Below, one piece after another: positions 41,601 through 54,863 of a stretch of DNA of 64,000 nucleotides. The notes under the pieces were generated by a model. That model worked only from the letters and a program-made list of their open reading frames with translations, made no database searches and was not told the DNA's origin. The position numbers and the translations under genes were made by a program. Where the stretch lies: positions 480,001 through 544,000 of the forward strand of contig CAVTTN010000002.1 of NCBI GenBank assembly GCA_963737655.1. Direction: 5' to 3'. The stretch's first letter is position 1; each line of letters opens with the position of its first letter. Source of the DNA: an uncultured Planctomycetota bacterium (lineage in GTDB: Bacteria > Planctomycetota > Planctomycetia > Isosphaerales > Isosphaeraceae).

Positions 41601-44600
41601 GGCGGCCCGGCCCTTCAGGACGCTCAGGGGGAACTGCGGGTTGAACGTCCCGAAGAAGTCGGGCCCGCCGTTCTGGATCGGCGTGGTGGCCGTGTCGTCG
41701 AAGGTCGTCGAGTTGAAGTTCGCCTTGGTCCCGGTGGCGCCGACCCCGCTGAAGAGCTGGACCGTCGTGCCGTCGGGCGCGATCAGGTAGCCGGTCAGGG
41801 CCGGGTCGTTGGCGTAGGTCACCGAGATCGTCAGCGTGACGTTCTGGACGACGAAGTTATCCGGGACGACCAGCTTCGAGTCGGTCGTGCTGTTGGCGCC
41901 GGGGATCGCCGGCGAGTAGCCGTTGGGCGTCTTGTAGGTGACGGTCACCGTCCCGGCCGACGGGTCGCCCCGGAGCATGTCCAGCCCGGCGTTCTCGTTG
42001 GTGTCGAGGTAGTCGCCGGTGGACGAGCGGATCTTGGTCGGGTCGAGCGTGACGGTGTACGTCCCGCTGAGCTGCTGGGTCGGGAACGAGACGTAATAGG
42101 TGTTCGCCGGGGCGCTGTTGTCCAGGTCCTGGGCGATCATGTACGGGCCGGAGATCAGGCCGCTGGGCCCCATGACCCTCAGGACGGCCCCGCTGCTCAT
42201 CAGGCTGGCGGTGTCCATGGCCCGGTCGAACGTGATGGCCAGCCGCGAGACGGTCTGGTCGGTCACGAGGTTGTCGGGCGTGGGCAGGACCCCGGGGACG
42301 AACGTGTTGATCACGTGGGGGCCGGGGACGATCAACGGCTGGGTCGTCCGGTCGAACGGCGGGGCGAAGACGGTCCCGCTGAAGGTCGTCGGCGACAGGG
42401 GGGTGGGCGTGGGGTCGGCGTAGATGTCCCCCGGCGAGGTGCCGAGGAACGGCGACGACCTCGGGTCCTCGCCCGTGGTCCCGTCGCTGTTCTGGTCCAT
42501 CTGGTTGCCCGAGACGATCGTCCCGGTCGAGGTGACCGAGCGGATGCGGTCGGTGATCGACGGCCCGACCTCGTAGCTGTACGTCCCGGTCTTGCCCTGG
42601 GGCGTCGCGAAGAAGATCAGGAACCGCGTCGGGCCCTGGGCCGTGTTGCCTTCCAAAAGGGGGATGATCGCGCCGGGCCCGCTGGCGATCGGGACGTTCA
42701 CCCCGGCGGCGAACCCGGAGGTGGTCACGCTGCGATACGTCACCGAGATGTTCGCCGCCGAGAGGCTCCCCGGGTCGATCGGCCGGTCGAACTGGACGAC
42801 GAACCCGTTGACCAGGGCGGTCCCGTCGGCGACCCCGGGCACGCCCACGGCCCGGGTGTTGTTGTAGCTGACCGGGGTGCCGTCCAGGGCGTGGACGGTC
42901 TGGCCCAGGGTGGGCGTCGAGGTGCCGGGCGCGACGCTCGGCGTGATCGGCCCCATCGTGCTGGTCACGACCCGGGGGCCGGAGGCGATCACCGCCGAGG
43001 TCACCCGGGTGTTCAGCGGCTGGAAGGTGGACGTCCCCCAGTTGTCGTTGCCGGCATAGGCCTGGTACAGGTGGCCGCCGACCAGGGCCAGGCCCTGGAA
43101 GTCGCCGTAGCCGGTCGGCGGCTTGAACGGCGTCCCGAACCACGGCTGGTTGGCCGCGGGCGACTCGTTGTCGGGGATCGGCCCGAGCGTGACGGGCTGG
43201 CCGGTGATCCCGTCGGTGACGACCTGCGGGTCGTTCACGAACGTCTCGGGCGAGAACGTGGCCCCGCCGTCGATGCTCAGGCCCACGTAGGTCGCCACCA
43301 GCGCCCTCTGCGGGTCGTTCCGGGCGTCCTGGAAGGAGACGGCGAGCGTCCCGGTGGTCGGGTCGACGGCCACCGCCGGCTTGAACTGCGGGCGGCCGTA
43401 GGTGACCGTGACCCCGTCGAACTGGCCGGTGTACGAGTCGGAGAACCCGTCGGTCATCGCGTTGTCGTCGTTGACGATCTGGGGCGAGGACCAGGTCGCG
43501 CCCCCGTCGTCGGAGTACTTCAGCGTGATGTCCGTGTTGTCGTAGATCAGCGCCCCGCTGAAGTCCTTGGTGTCGCGGGTCACGTAGGCGGCGTAGATCC
43601 GGCCCTGGTACGGGCTGAACGAGCCGAGGGTGTTGTCCGAGGCGATCACCGGGGCCGGCGCGATCCCCCCCGGGTCCACGCCGGTGAAGGTCGCGAGGTT
43701 GTAGCCGCCGAGCAGGGCGCCGGACTGGCTGATCACGTACGGTCCGGTCAGGTCCACGGCCTTGACCACGGTCCCGGTCAGCCGCCCGCCGACGTCGGTC
43801 GTGTCAACGATCGTGTCCTTGCCGCCGGTCATGTTCGAGGAGAAGTCCAGGCCCCAGTCCAGGAGCCTCTGCATCGGCGTGGTGAGCTTCGAGCCGCTGA
43901 AGTCGGTGATCTCCAGCCGCCACGTCCCGTTGATCGACGCCCGGCCCAGGCCGTAGAACGCGGTGAGGTCCGGCCCGGCCGCCAGGTTGTTCTTGGTGTC
44001 GAGCAGCTGCGTGTCGGGGCGGAAGGCGCCGACGAACGGCGTCTTGTACATCGCGTTGTCGATCGAACGGGGAGCTTCCTCGTCGAAGACCGTGTCGATG
44101 GTGAAGTACGGGTTGCCGTTGGGGTCGAGCGGCCCGAGCAGGCCGAGGCCGAGGCCGACGCCCGCGTTGGCGAAGATCCCGGTCTCTCCGGGGTGGAGGG
44201 CCGGGTTGCGGATCAGGGGGATCCGCGTCCCGTCGGGGCCGACCAGGTCGATCTCGACGTTCTGCAGGCCGTCGGGCAGCGCCAGGCTGACCCGGACATC
44301 GACGTGCGAGACCGTCGTGAACCTCGGGTCGGTGATGTTCACCGACAGGGGGAACGACGAGGTCACCGGGGTGGTCCCGAGCTCCGTCTGGCCGACGATC
44401 GCGTTGTGGTAGTCCTTCACGTCGTAGGTCGAGGTGGCGCTGTAGCTGACGCCGGCCTGGACGTGGTCGGTCGTGATCGTGTCGTAGTTGAAGGCCGGGG
44501 CGATCCGGAAGTCCTGCGAGCCGAACTCGTCCCAGATCACCGAGACCTGGCCGGCGGGGATGCCGGGGTCGCCGGCGTAGTTCGTGTTGGGCAGGCGGCC

Positions 44601-47600
44601 CTGGCTGATGGTGATCTTCGGCGCGGCGTCGAGCTCGCCGTTGGGGCCGAGGAACTTGGTGTCGTCGAGCACCTCGGGCGGGGTGAACGACGAGGCGCCG
44701 TCGGACGACCCGGTCAGGACGATCGCGGCGACCTGGTCGGTCTTCTCGCTGTGGGTGTCGCCCAGCTCGTTGGTGGCCCAGGCGATGTAGACGTTGTTCG
44801 AGAAGGCGTCGTTCTGGGCCTTGCCGGTGGTCGGGTCGGTGAAGGCGGCGGCCTGGGCCTGGTTGAACGCGGTGCCGATCGGCATCCCGGTCAGCGAGTC
44901 GAAGGCCATGACCCGGTCGTTGAGCGAGTCGGTCACGTAGATCCGGCCGCGGAGGGCGTCGTAGGCGATCCCCTTCGGCGCGTTCAGGCCGGCGGTCGTG
45001 GCCACCAGCGTCTTGCTGAAGGCGCCGGTGTTGGCGTCGAAGACCAGGACGTTGTCGCTGGTCTGGCCGACGACGAACAGGTTCCCGCCGTTGAACGCCA
45101 GGCCGTCGGGGCCGATCAGCCCGTGGCCCTGGGCGGCGATGTTGAGGAACTGGCCGTTCAGGCCGTAGCGGAGGACTTCGTTGTTGTTGAAGCTGCTGAC
45201 GTAGAGCGTGCCGTCGGGCCCGAACCGGAGGGCCGAGGGGTTGCTCAGGCCGCCCGCCCGGGGCTGGACGAACGTCTCCACATACTCGCCGGTCACGCCG
45301 TCCAGGACGACCACGCGGTCATCCGAGGCGTCGGCGGCGAAGAGGTCGGGCCGGCCGTCGCCATTGACGTCCGGCCCCCAGGCCAGCCCGGTGTAGATGG
45401 CCGTGGGGGCGAGGGGGGCGAGGAACGTGCCGGTCGGGTCGTACTTGATGACCTGGTTGGTGTCCCGGCTGGAGACGTAGAGGGAGCCGTCGGCGCCGAC
45501 GGCCAGGCCGTCGGCGCTCTCCAGGCCGCCGGAGCCTCGGGCCACGATCGCCGAGACGAACGCGCCGGTGCCGGCGGCGTACTTCAGGACGCGGTTGTCC
45601 TGGAGGCTGCCGGCGGCGACCTGGGGATCGACGAAGGACGGCAGGACGGCCCCGCTGACGACCAGGAGGTTGCCGGCCGAGTCGAAGGCCAGGTCCACCG
45701 GGCCATCCAGGCCGCCGCTCTGCGGGGTGACGAAGACCTGATCGAAGGCGCCGGTGTTGGGCTTGTACCTCAGGACCGAGTCGGTCGCGAAGCTGCCGAC
45801 GTAGAGGTAGCCGGTCGTCTTGTCGAAGGCCAACCCCGTCGCCCCGGCCAGGCCGCCGGAACCGGCCGAGACGTAGTTGCCCAGGTAGGCCCCGGTGGTG
45901 ATGGCGAACTTCAGGACCTTGCTCGATGCGGCGGTGCCGGTGCCGTAATCGGCCACGTAGAGGTTGCCGTCGGGCCCGACGGTGATCCCCTCGGCGTGGA
46001 GCAGGTTGCCTCCCCCGGAGGGCACCAGGGCGTCCAGGAACAGGCCGGTCTTGGCGTCGAACCGGAGGATCTGCGAGGGGTCCTTGGCCAGGAGGCCTCG
46101 GGGGTCGGTCACCGGGTTGAACGTCGAGCTGGCGACGAACAGGTAGCGGCCGTCGGCCGAGAACGCCAGGCCCTGGGGCTTGGACAGGCCGCCGCTCAGC
46201 GGGGCGATGAACGTGCCGAGGAGGGCCCCGGTCGTCGGGTTATACCGGACGATGCTGTTCGTGCCCGGGCTGGAGACGTAGAGCAGGCCGTCCGGGCCGA
46301 TCGTCTCGAATCCGGGATCGACCGGAGGGGCGACGACCAGGTCACCCTGGGGCAGGCCGGTGGTGGCGTCGAACCTCAACACATTGTCCGAGCCGGCGCT
46401 GGAGACCAGGAGCTTGAGGGCGCCGGTGCTATCGGCGGCGAAGACCAAGCCGTCGGGCTTCGAGAGGGTCTGGCTGCCCTCGGGCACGGCGGTCTTGACC
46501 AGGTTCCCCTTGGCGTCGGGAAGGAGCTGGATGGTGTAGTTGGCGGCGACGAAGTCGGTCTGGAGCCGGCCGGAGGTGTCGTACTTGAGGACGGCGTCGG
46601 TCGCGGCCGAGGAGACGTACATGTTCCCGGCGGCGTCGAAGGCGATCCGCTGGGGCTGGCCGAGGGGGCCCGGGGTGAAGTTGCCGAGGGGCTCGCCGGT
46701 GGTGGTGGTGTAGGCCAGGATCTGGTTGGTGCCGAAGCTGGCGACGAGCATCCCGGTCGGCGTGAAGACGATCGATTCGGGCTGGAACAGGCCGTCCCGG
46801 TTGGGCTTGACGATCACGTCGATGAACGAGCCGGTCGAGCCGTTGTAGCGGATGACCTGATCGTTGGCGAGGTCCGTGACGTAGAGGGTGCCGCCGGAGT
46901 CGAAGCCCAGGCCCTGGGCGGCGCCCAGCCCGCCGGCGCCGGCCTTGACGAAGACGGCCCCGGTGTTGCCCGGGGCGGGGTCGGCCACCCCGGCCGAGGT
47001 GAACCGGAACACGCCCGAGCCCGAGGCCACATACAGGTTGCCCGACGCATCGACGATCAGGCCCTCGGCCGGGCCGCCGAGGCTCCCGGCCGGGACGAAT
47101 GTCGCCCCGCCGTTGCCGGCGGAAGGCAGGGGGGTGCCGGCCGCCGCCTTGAACCGGAGCACCTGGCTCCCGCTGGAGACGTACAGGTTGCCCGAGGCGT
47201 CGAACGCCAGCCCCTCGGGCACCGTCAGCCCGCCGGAGCCGGCCTGGACGAAGATGCCGAGGTACGCCCCGGTGATCAGGTTGTACTTGAGGACCTGGCC
47301 CATCCCGCCCGGCCCGGTGCTGGCCACGTACAGGTTGTGGTCCAGGGGGCTGATGGCCATCGCCTGGGGGCCGATCAGGCCGCCCGAACCTCGGTAGATG
47401 AACGCATCGACGAACGCCCCGGTCGCCCCGTCGAACCGGAGGACCTCGTTATTCTGCTGGTTGGCCACGTAGATCAGGCCGTTGGGATACTGCGAAGCCA
47501 GGGCCCCGAGCTGCGAGGCCTTCACGTACAGGACCGCCGTCGGCGTCTCCAGGTTCTCGGAGTTGGCCTGCTGGATGAACATGCCGTTGGCCGCCGAGTA

Positions 47601-50600
47601 TTGCAGGACCTGATTGGTGTCCTGGCTGGCGACGTAGAGGCTGCCGTTGGAGAAGGTCAGGCCGATCGGCGTGACCAGCCCTCGGGGCGTGAACGGCCCG
47701 ATGAAGATCCCGTTGGGGTCGTAGGCCAGGACCACGTTGGTGTCCCGGCTGGAGACCAGCAAGTCGCCGTTGGGCGCGAAGACGACGCCCTGGGGGGTCG
47801 TCAGGTCGCCGGCCCCGGTCGGGACGAAGTGATCGATGAACAGCCCGGTGTTGCCGTCGTAGCGGAGGACCTCGTTCGTGCCGGCGCTGGAGACGTAGAG
47901 GTTGCCGTCCGGGCCGAAGACCAGACCCTGGGGCTTGGCCAAGCCGCCGGAGCCGGGCGTCACGAAGACCGAGTTGAACTGGAACGTGTTGATGTTGTAG
48001 GACAGGACGTCGTTCGAGCCGCCGTCGCTGACCATCAGCAGGGCGGAGTTGTTCGGGTCCAGCGCCACGTCCTCGGGGCTGGCCAGGGTCGGCGGGTTGA
48101 GGTTGCCGACCGGGGCCCCGGTCGTGTCGTAGGCCAGGACGTTGTTGGACCCGAAGCTGGAGAGCAGGAAGGCGTTCCGGGCCGGGTCGAAGGTGAAGCC
48201 CGTGGGGGTGTTCAGGCCGCCGGCGCCGGAGGCGATGAAGGTGCCCAGGAACTTGCCGTCGTTGGCGTTGAATAGCAGGCTGTATTCCAGGACGCTGCTG
48301 GTCCCCTGGCTGGCGACCAGGAGGACCTGGGTCGGCGTCCCCGCGACGGACACCGTGGCGACCTGCATCCGCTCGGGGATCGACAAACCACCGTTATTGG
48401 CGGTGCCGACCAGGACCGTCAGCGTGTTGGTGCCGATCACGTAGCGAAAGACTTCGCTGTTGCCGCCGTCGTCGATGTAGAGCTGGCCGCTGGCGTCGAA
48501 CAGGAGGCCGGTGGGGGACTTGATCCCGGAGTTCGGCGCGAGCAGGTAGGCGGTCCCGGCGTTGGCCGTGACGGTCGAGGGCAGGGGGGCCCGGTCTTGC
48601 CGTCGAAGCGGTCGACCGAGCCGTTGATCGAGTCGGACACGTAGAGGTTGCCGTCGGGCCCGAAGATCAGGCCATCGGGCGAGGCCGGGGCGACGGTCAC
48701 GGCCCCGCTATCGACGAACACGCCGAGGTAGGCGCCGGTCGTGGCGTCGAACTTGAGGATCTGGCCGGTCCCCTGGCTGCCCACATACAGCGTGTTGTCG
48801 CCGGAGGGGCCGAAGGTCATCCCCTTGGGCGAGCTCAGGCCGCCCGAGCCCTTGGCGACGAAGATCCCGAGGAACGCGCCGGTCTTGCCGTCGTACTCCA
48901 GGACCTCGTTGTTGGTCTGGCTGGCGACGTAGGCGTTGCCGTTGGGGCCGATCACGACCTCCTCGGGGCCGAGCAGGGCCTCGGGGTCGGTGTAGCCGAG
49001 GAACGCGCCGGTCGTGGCGTCGTAGCGGAAGATCCGGCCCGAGGTGTTGCCGGCGACGTACAGGGTGCCGTCGCCCGAGTTGTTCGTCGGGTTGATCGTC
49101 AGGCCGTCGGGGCCGTGGACCGGGGGCGGGGTGAAGCCGTAGACCCCGGGGAGGGTGAAGACGTTCTGGCCGGTGGCCGAGTACTTGAAGACCTGGCCGT
49201 TGGCTTGCCCGACGACGAAGAGATTGCCCGAGGCGTCCAGGACCAGGCCGCTGGGCGTGGCGATCCCCGACTCGCCGGAGGGGACCAGCGAGGCCCCCTT
49301 CAGCCCGGGGCCGGGCAGCGCCTTGCCGGCCTTGGTCACCGGGTCGTAGGCGAACCTCAGGACCGAGTTGGTCCCCTGGCTGACCACGTCGAGGTTCCCG
49401 CCGGAGTCGAAGGCGATGCCAACGGGACTGGTCAGGCCGTTGGCGCCCGAGGCGACGTAGGCCCGGACGAACGCGCCGGTGGCGGCGGCGTACTCCAGGA
49501 CCTGGCCGGTCAGGTTGCTGGCGACGTAGAGGTCGCCCTTGGAGTCGAAGGCCAGGCCCTCGGGCCCGTTCAGGCCGCCGGAGCCGGCCTTGACGAAGAC
49601 CCCGGTGCCCACCGGGTTGCCGTTCGAGTCGTACCTCAGGACCTCGTCGGTGTTCTGGCTACCCACGTAGACGTTGCCCGAGGCGTCGACGGCCAGGCCC
49701 TCGGGCAGCCCGAGCTCGCCCCCGGAGTTGACGAACACGCCGAGTAACGCGCCGGTCGTCGCGTTGTACTTGAGGACCTGGTTGGTCGCGTGGCTGCTCA
49801 CGTAGAGCACCCCGTTGGCGAACAGGATGCCCTCCGGGGCCTTCAGGCCGCCGTTGAGCGTCGGGTCCGACGGGATGAACGACTTCAGGAACGCGCCGGT
49901 CTTGCCGTCGTACTGGTTGACCTCGTTGCCGTCCCGGCTGGTCACGTACAGGTTGCCGTCGGGGCCGATGGCGTCGAACTGAGGGGCGTGGAGCGGGTCG
50001 GGGATGAACACGCCCTGATAGGCGCCGGTCGTCGCGTTGTACTGCAACACCTGGTCGGTCGCGTAGCTGCTGACCAGCAGGAGGTTGCCGTCGAAGGTGA
50101 TCCCCCGGGGCTGGGTCAGGCCGCCATTGAGCGCCGGGTTGCCCGAGACGAACACCTTGACGAACTTGCCGGTCTTGCCGTCGTACTCGATGACCTCGTT
50201 GCCGTCGCGGCTGGCGACGAACAGGTCGCCGTTGGGGCCGAAGACGGCCCCCTCCGGGGCGTCCAGGGGCTCGGGCGTGAAGGTCCCGATCAGGGAGCCG
50301 GTCGTCCCGCTGTACTCGATCACCCTCTCGGTCTTTGAGCTGGTGACGTAGAGGTTGCCCTGGTAGAACGCCAGGCCCTGGGGGCCGCTGAGCTTGCCGT
50401 TGAGCGTCGGGTCTCCCGAGACGAAGACGCTCGTGCCCTTGGGCAGGCCGGCGATCGGCTGGCCGGTCTTGCCGTTGAAGACCAGCACCTTGTTGTCGAA
50501 CCCGTTGCCGACGAAGAGGTCGGAGTAGCCGTCGCCGCTGACGTCCGTGCCGAAGGCGATCCCCTCGGGCTCGTTCAGCCCGGCGCTGCCGGAGGCGACG

Positions 50601-52560
50601 AACGTCCCCAGGGACTGGCCGGTCTTCGGGTCGTACCGGACGATGCTATCGGTGGACTGGCTGACGACGTACAGGTAGCCGTCGGGGCCGAGGGTCGAAT
50701 CGCCCGGGGCCGCCAGGGGCTCGGGCGTGATCGAGGAGATGAACGTGCCCGGGCTGGCCGAGGCCGCCCCGGTGTAATGCAGGACCTGGTTGGTGTTCTG
50801 GCTGGAGACGTAGAGCGACCCGTCGGGCGCGAAGGCCAGGCCCGCCGGGCCGTTCAGGGCCCCGCTGTTGGGCGGGACGAACGTGCCGAGGAACACGCCC
50901 GTGTTCTTGTCGAACTGGTAGACCGCGCCGGTCTTGTTGCTGCCGACGAACAGGTTGCCGTTGGGGCCGAACACCAGGCCGTCGGGCCCGGTCAGGCCGC
51001 CGGTGGGCGGGGCGAGGAACGAGCTGAGGAACGTGCCGTTGGCCCCGGTGAACCGGAGGACCTCATTGGTGTTGTAGCTGGCGACGTAGAGGTTGCCGTT
51101 GTCGTCGGTGTTGAACGCCAGGCTGGTCGGGCCGCTGAGGTCGTTGCCCGGGGCCGTCCCGGTCGTCGCGAAGATGGTGGAGCCGGCGAACAGGTCGGTC
51201 TTGGCGTCCAGGGTGTAGCGGATGATCTGATTGGTGTTGAAGCTGCTGACGTAGAGCTGCTTGTCGGGGCCGAAGACCAGCCCCCTCGGGCCGCTCAGGC
51301 CGGCGTTGTTGGCCTGGGTGACGACCACGTCCAGGAACGCGCCGGTCTTGCCGTCGTAGCGGAAGATCTGGTTGGTGCCCGCGGCGGCCACGTACAGCTT
51401 GCCGTCGGGGCCGAAGGCCAGGCCCTGGGGCTGGCTCAGGCCGCCCTCGCCCGACGGCACGAACGAGCCGAGGAACGCGCCGGTCCCGGCGTTGTAGCGG
51501 AGGACGGCGTCGGTGTCCCGGCTGCTCACGTAGAGGTTGCCGTCGGGGCCGATGACCTCGTCGCTGGGCGCCTCGGCGCCACGAGGGACTGGTCGAACTC
51601 GCCGAGGGAGGCACCGGTGGTGCCGTCGACCTGGATCACCCGGCCGGTCTGGAGATTGGAGATGAACAGGTCGCCGCTGGTCGGGTCGAAGGCCACGTCA
51701 TCGGGCCGGAAGAGGTCCGAGCCCGAGGCGAAGACGCTGGTGAACTGGCCGTTCGAGCCGAGGTACTGGTCGACCTGGTTCAGGCTGTCCGACGCGACGT
51801 AGACGTTGTTATCGGGCCCGACGGTGATGCCCGAGGTCGTCCCGGTCGGCTGGGTCACCACGGCGTTGCCGGCCGAGGTGTCCACGGCGAGGGTGGGGGT
51901 GAAGGCCTGGTCCCCCTGGCCGCCGGTCGGGTCGTACCACTGGTGGACGATCTTGTTGGCGAGCGTCAGGTTGGGCGTCGGGTTGGTGAAGTTGTACTTC
52001 TGGAGGACGATCGCCCCGCTCTTGTAGTCGATCGTGTGCTCGTCGGAGACCACGTAGAAGTTGTGCTGGCGGTCGAAGGCCGCCGAGGTGTCGGTCGTGA
52101 AGGGATAGACCGTGGTGTAGGTCGGGTTCCCCTTGGCGTCGAAGGTCGGGGCGCCCTGGGAGGGATCGTAGGCCGGGGCCGGCAAGGAGAGGCCGAGCGT
52201 GGCGTTGCTCGTGAGCTTCGTCCAGTTCTGGCCGCCGTTGGTCGTGTAGGCCAACTCGCCCACTTCCTGGAGCGTCCCGGGGAGGTCGCCGGCCGTGTCG
52301 GTCCTGGACCAGACGGCCACCGCCTTCGTCGGGTCGAGCGGATCGACGGTGACCGTCGGCGACTGCGTGTCGTCGGCCGTGTTGGCCACGTTCGAGTGAT
52401 AGAGGATCGTCGGCGGCGGCAAGACCGCCATCAGCGTCCGCGCCTCGAGCGGCTCCAGGGCCAGCCTGCGCAGGCGATCGCGACCGGTCGGATCCACTCG
52501 CTTCCGCAGCTGTCCGAGGCTTCGCGCGGCGGGGTATCGCTTCTCAGACGGCGACGTCAT
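32679..52560 (-). CDS. Giant (~6,627 aa) surface/secreted protein: LEPR-XLL leader, NHL/Vgb-like propeller repeats, BNR/Asp-box propellers, two proprotein-convertase P domains, Ig-like (Big) repeats, FG-GAP repeats; two frameshifts (~51575, ~48591)
   Basis: RRLALEPLEARTLMA. Dozens of GLxxPxGLxFGPDGxLYVSS units, SxDGGxTW boxes, DTTPP...DSG...DxIT units and GDFDGDGKTDIAVYD units. 19882 nt + 2 missing bases = 6628 codons. Confidence 0.88.
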
Positions 52561-53126
52561 GGCAACCTCGCGGTCGATTCGGGAGGAGGGATCCGGATGT
52601 ACGCAAGCCTTCGACTTCGAGAGGCTCGGATAAGGACGAACGAGAATAATCAACTCGCCAACTGTAAAGAAAGATCCGACCCGGCAAATCGTGAAAATTC
52701 TTCTCAAAGTCGGAGCCGAGTCGCAGTTGAATGCATGCAAGCTGTCAGTGCCGGGCACGGCGCGGGCGGGACCCCGAGGGGGGAGGCGGGCGGACATGGA
52801 ACGTACAGATCAGGAGTGAGTGAAGTCAAGAAGTCACCGTTGGATGTTCGACGGGCGTCCATCGGCGGAGACTCGGCGCGGAGGGGCGCCGGAATGGCTC
52901 GGGAATGCGGGCTTGATCGCGATCAAGCGAATATATCACAGTCCTCCCCGCATCTTGAGGATTATGAAAAATGGGCAGGAGGGGCAGGCCGTCGGACCGT
53001 GTCGAAAAGAAGGGACATGAGGCCGAAAACCGGCTTCGATGCCCTTGACGGGATCGTCGGTCGGTGGTATGACTCGCCCGCCCCGCCGGGGCCCATTCGA
53101 TTCTCCGAACCAGGGAAGGTCCGGAC

Positions 53127-53789
53127 GTGATCGCCACCGAACCCCGGCCCGACCGGACGGCCCTCCGCGCCGATTCCGGCCGCGCCGAAGCCCCGACGCC
53201 CCACGCCCGGCCGACGGAGGCCCGGCCGTCCGGCCCGGCCCGCGTCCTGATCCTGGGCGACGCCGACGGCCCGATGGCCCGCCGCGCCGAGGCCGAGCTC
53301 GGCCAGGCCCGCGCCCTGATCGCCGACCTGTCCCGCGCCCTGGACTCGGCCCACGCCCGGGCCGAGGCCGCCGCCGGCCGCGAGAGGGCCGCGCGATCGG
53401 CCATGCTCGCCGCCCAGGCCGAGCTGCTCGATCGCGACCGCCAGTTCCTCGCCATGGCCGACGAGCTCCTGGCCCATCGCGACGCCCGGGAGGCCGAGGT
53501 CGTCCGTCGCGAGGCCGAGATCGAGGCCCGGGTCGCCCACGTCGAGGCCCTCCGCGAAGCCCTGGAGGCCTGGCACGCCCGCAGCGAGGCGGAATTCGAG
53601 AATTCCAAGGCGGCCCTGGTCATCCAGAGAGACGCCGCCCACCAGCACGCCCTGGCCGCCGAGACCCGCTGTCGGAGCCTGGAGAACCGCGTCGAACACG
53701 TCCTGATGGAAGTCCCCCGGCGGGTCCTCCGGGCGATCCGGGCCCGAGGGAAGCGACGACCGGCGGAGTCGCCGTCGTCCGAGTCCTGA
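53127..53789 (+). CDS. Coiled-coil hypothetical protein heading the GT2-rfbB-rfbC cluster
   Basis: A/E/R-rich heptad pattern over ~140 aa, co-oriented with downstream genes. Start uncertain. Confidence 0.6.
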   Translation: MIATEPRPDRTALRADSGRAEAPTPHARPTEARPSGPARVLILGDADGPMARRAEAELGQARALIADLSRALDSAHARAEAAAGRERAARSAMLAAQAELLDRDRQFLAMADELLAHRDAREAEVVRREAEIEARVAHVEALREALEAWHARSEAEFENSKAALVIQRDAAHQHALAAETRCRSLENRVEHVLMEVPRRVLRAIRARGKRRPAESPSSES

Positions 53790-53844
53790 GGCCCCACCCG
53801 ACCCGACCCGACGAGACGACCGACCGGCACGGAGGCCGGCCCCC

Positions 53845-54798
53845 ATGCCCGATGTCTCGGTGATCCTCCCGGTCTTCAACCTCTCGGCCGTCACGAGGAG
53901 CTGCCTGGAACGGCTCCTGGGCGAGCCCGCCGGCCGGTTCGATCGGGAGCTGATCGTCGTCGATGACGCCTCGACCGACGGCACCCCCGCGATGCTCCGG
54001 TCCTTCGGGACGAGAATCCGCGTGGTGACCCACCCCGAGAATGCCGGGTTCGCCCGGTCGTGCAACGACGGGGCGGCCGTCGCCTCGGGCCGCTGGCTCG
54101 TCTTCCTGAACAACGACACGCTGCCCTTGCCCGGCTGGCTCGACGCCCTGGTGAACCACGCCCACGAGCACCCCGAGGCCGCCGTCGTCGGCTCGAAGCT
54201 GCTCTATCCCGACGGGACGATCCAGCACGCCGGGATGGTGATCGACGCCGACCTGGAGCCTCGCCACATCTACCTCGGCTTCCCCGCCGATCACCCGGCC
54301 GTGAACCGCGCCAGGGCCTATCGGATGGTCACCGGCGCCTCGATGCTGATCCCTCGGGCGACGTTCGAGACCGCCGGGGGGTTCGACCCGAGGTTCCGCA
54401 ACGGCTACGAGGACGTGGATTTGTGCCTCCGCCTGGGCCGGGTTGGCCGGGAGGTCCATTACTGCCCGTCGAGCGCCCTGATCCACCTGGAATCGGTCTC
54501 CGAGGGGCGGACGGCGCACGACTCGGCCAATCATGAGCTTTATTGCCAGAGGTGGAAGCCGTCGCTCTCCCCCGACGACGTGCTTTATTACCTCCGGGAC
54601 GGCCTGATCCGGTTCTCTTATGGCGGATCGGCACCGATCTCGGTGCGGGTTTCTCCCGAGCTCGGGGTGATCGACGACGAGGCCCGCCGGGACGAGGCCG
54701 ACCGGCTCCTCCGGGAGCGTTCGAAGCAGGTGTTCGCGATGCTCAAGGAGAATATCGGGCTGAGGGTCCGCCCCCCGGGCGGCGCGATCTCGGCCTGA
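53845..54798 (+). CDS. GT2 family glycosyltransferase (rhamnosyltransferase-like)
   Basis: [27 protein letters not shown] and YEDVDLCLR. Confidence 0.9.
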   Translation: MPDVSVILPVFNLSAVTRSCLERLLGEPAGRFDRELIVVDDASTDGTPAMLRSFGTRIRVVTHPENAGFARSCNDGAAVASGRWLVFLNNDTLPLPGWLDALVNHAHEHPEAAVVGSKLLYPDGTIQHAGMVIDADLEPRHIYLGFPADHPAVNRARAYRMVTGASMLIPRATFETAGGFDPRFRNGYEDVDLCLRLGRVGREVHYCPSSALIHLESVSEGRTAHDSANHELYCQRWKPSLSPDDVLYYLRDGLIRFSYGGSAPISVRVSPELGVIDDEARRDEADRLLRERSKQVFAMLKENIGLRVRPPGGAISA

Positions 54799-54863
54799 GG
54801 CGATCGAGACGGGGCGGCCGGAACCCGCCCCGTACAGACTTCCCCGAACCCGTCGAGGTGCCG

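Noticed and set aside
33030..48275. 5,081-aa plus-strand ORF
   Set aside because: Antisense shadow of the giant gene. High-GC codon bias removes stops, the composition is G/V/D/A-rich, and there are no motifs.
52561..53126. Possible riboswitch or sigma-54 promoter in the AT-richer divergent region
   Set aside because: No complete aptamer or good -24/-12 match was found by eye. Treated as an ordinary promoter region.
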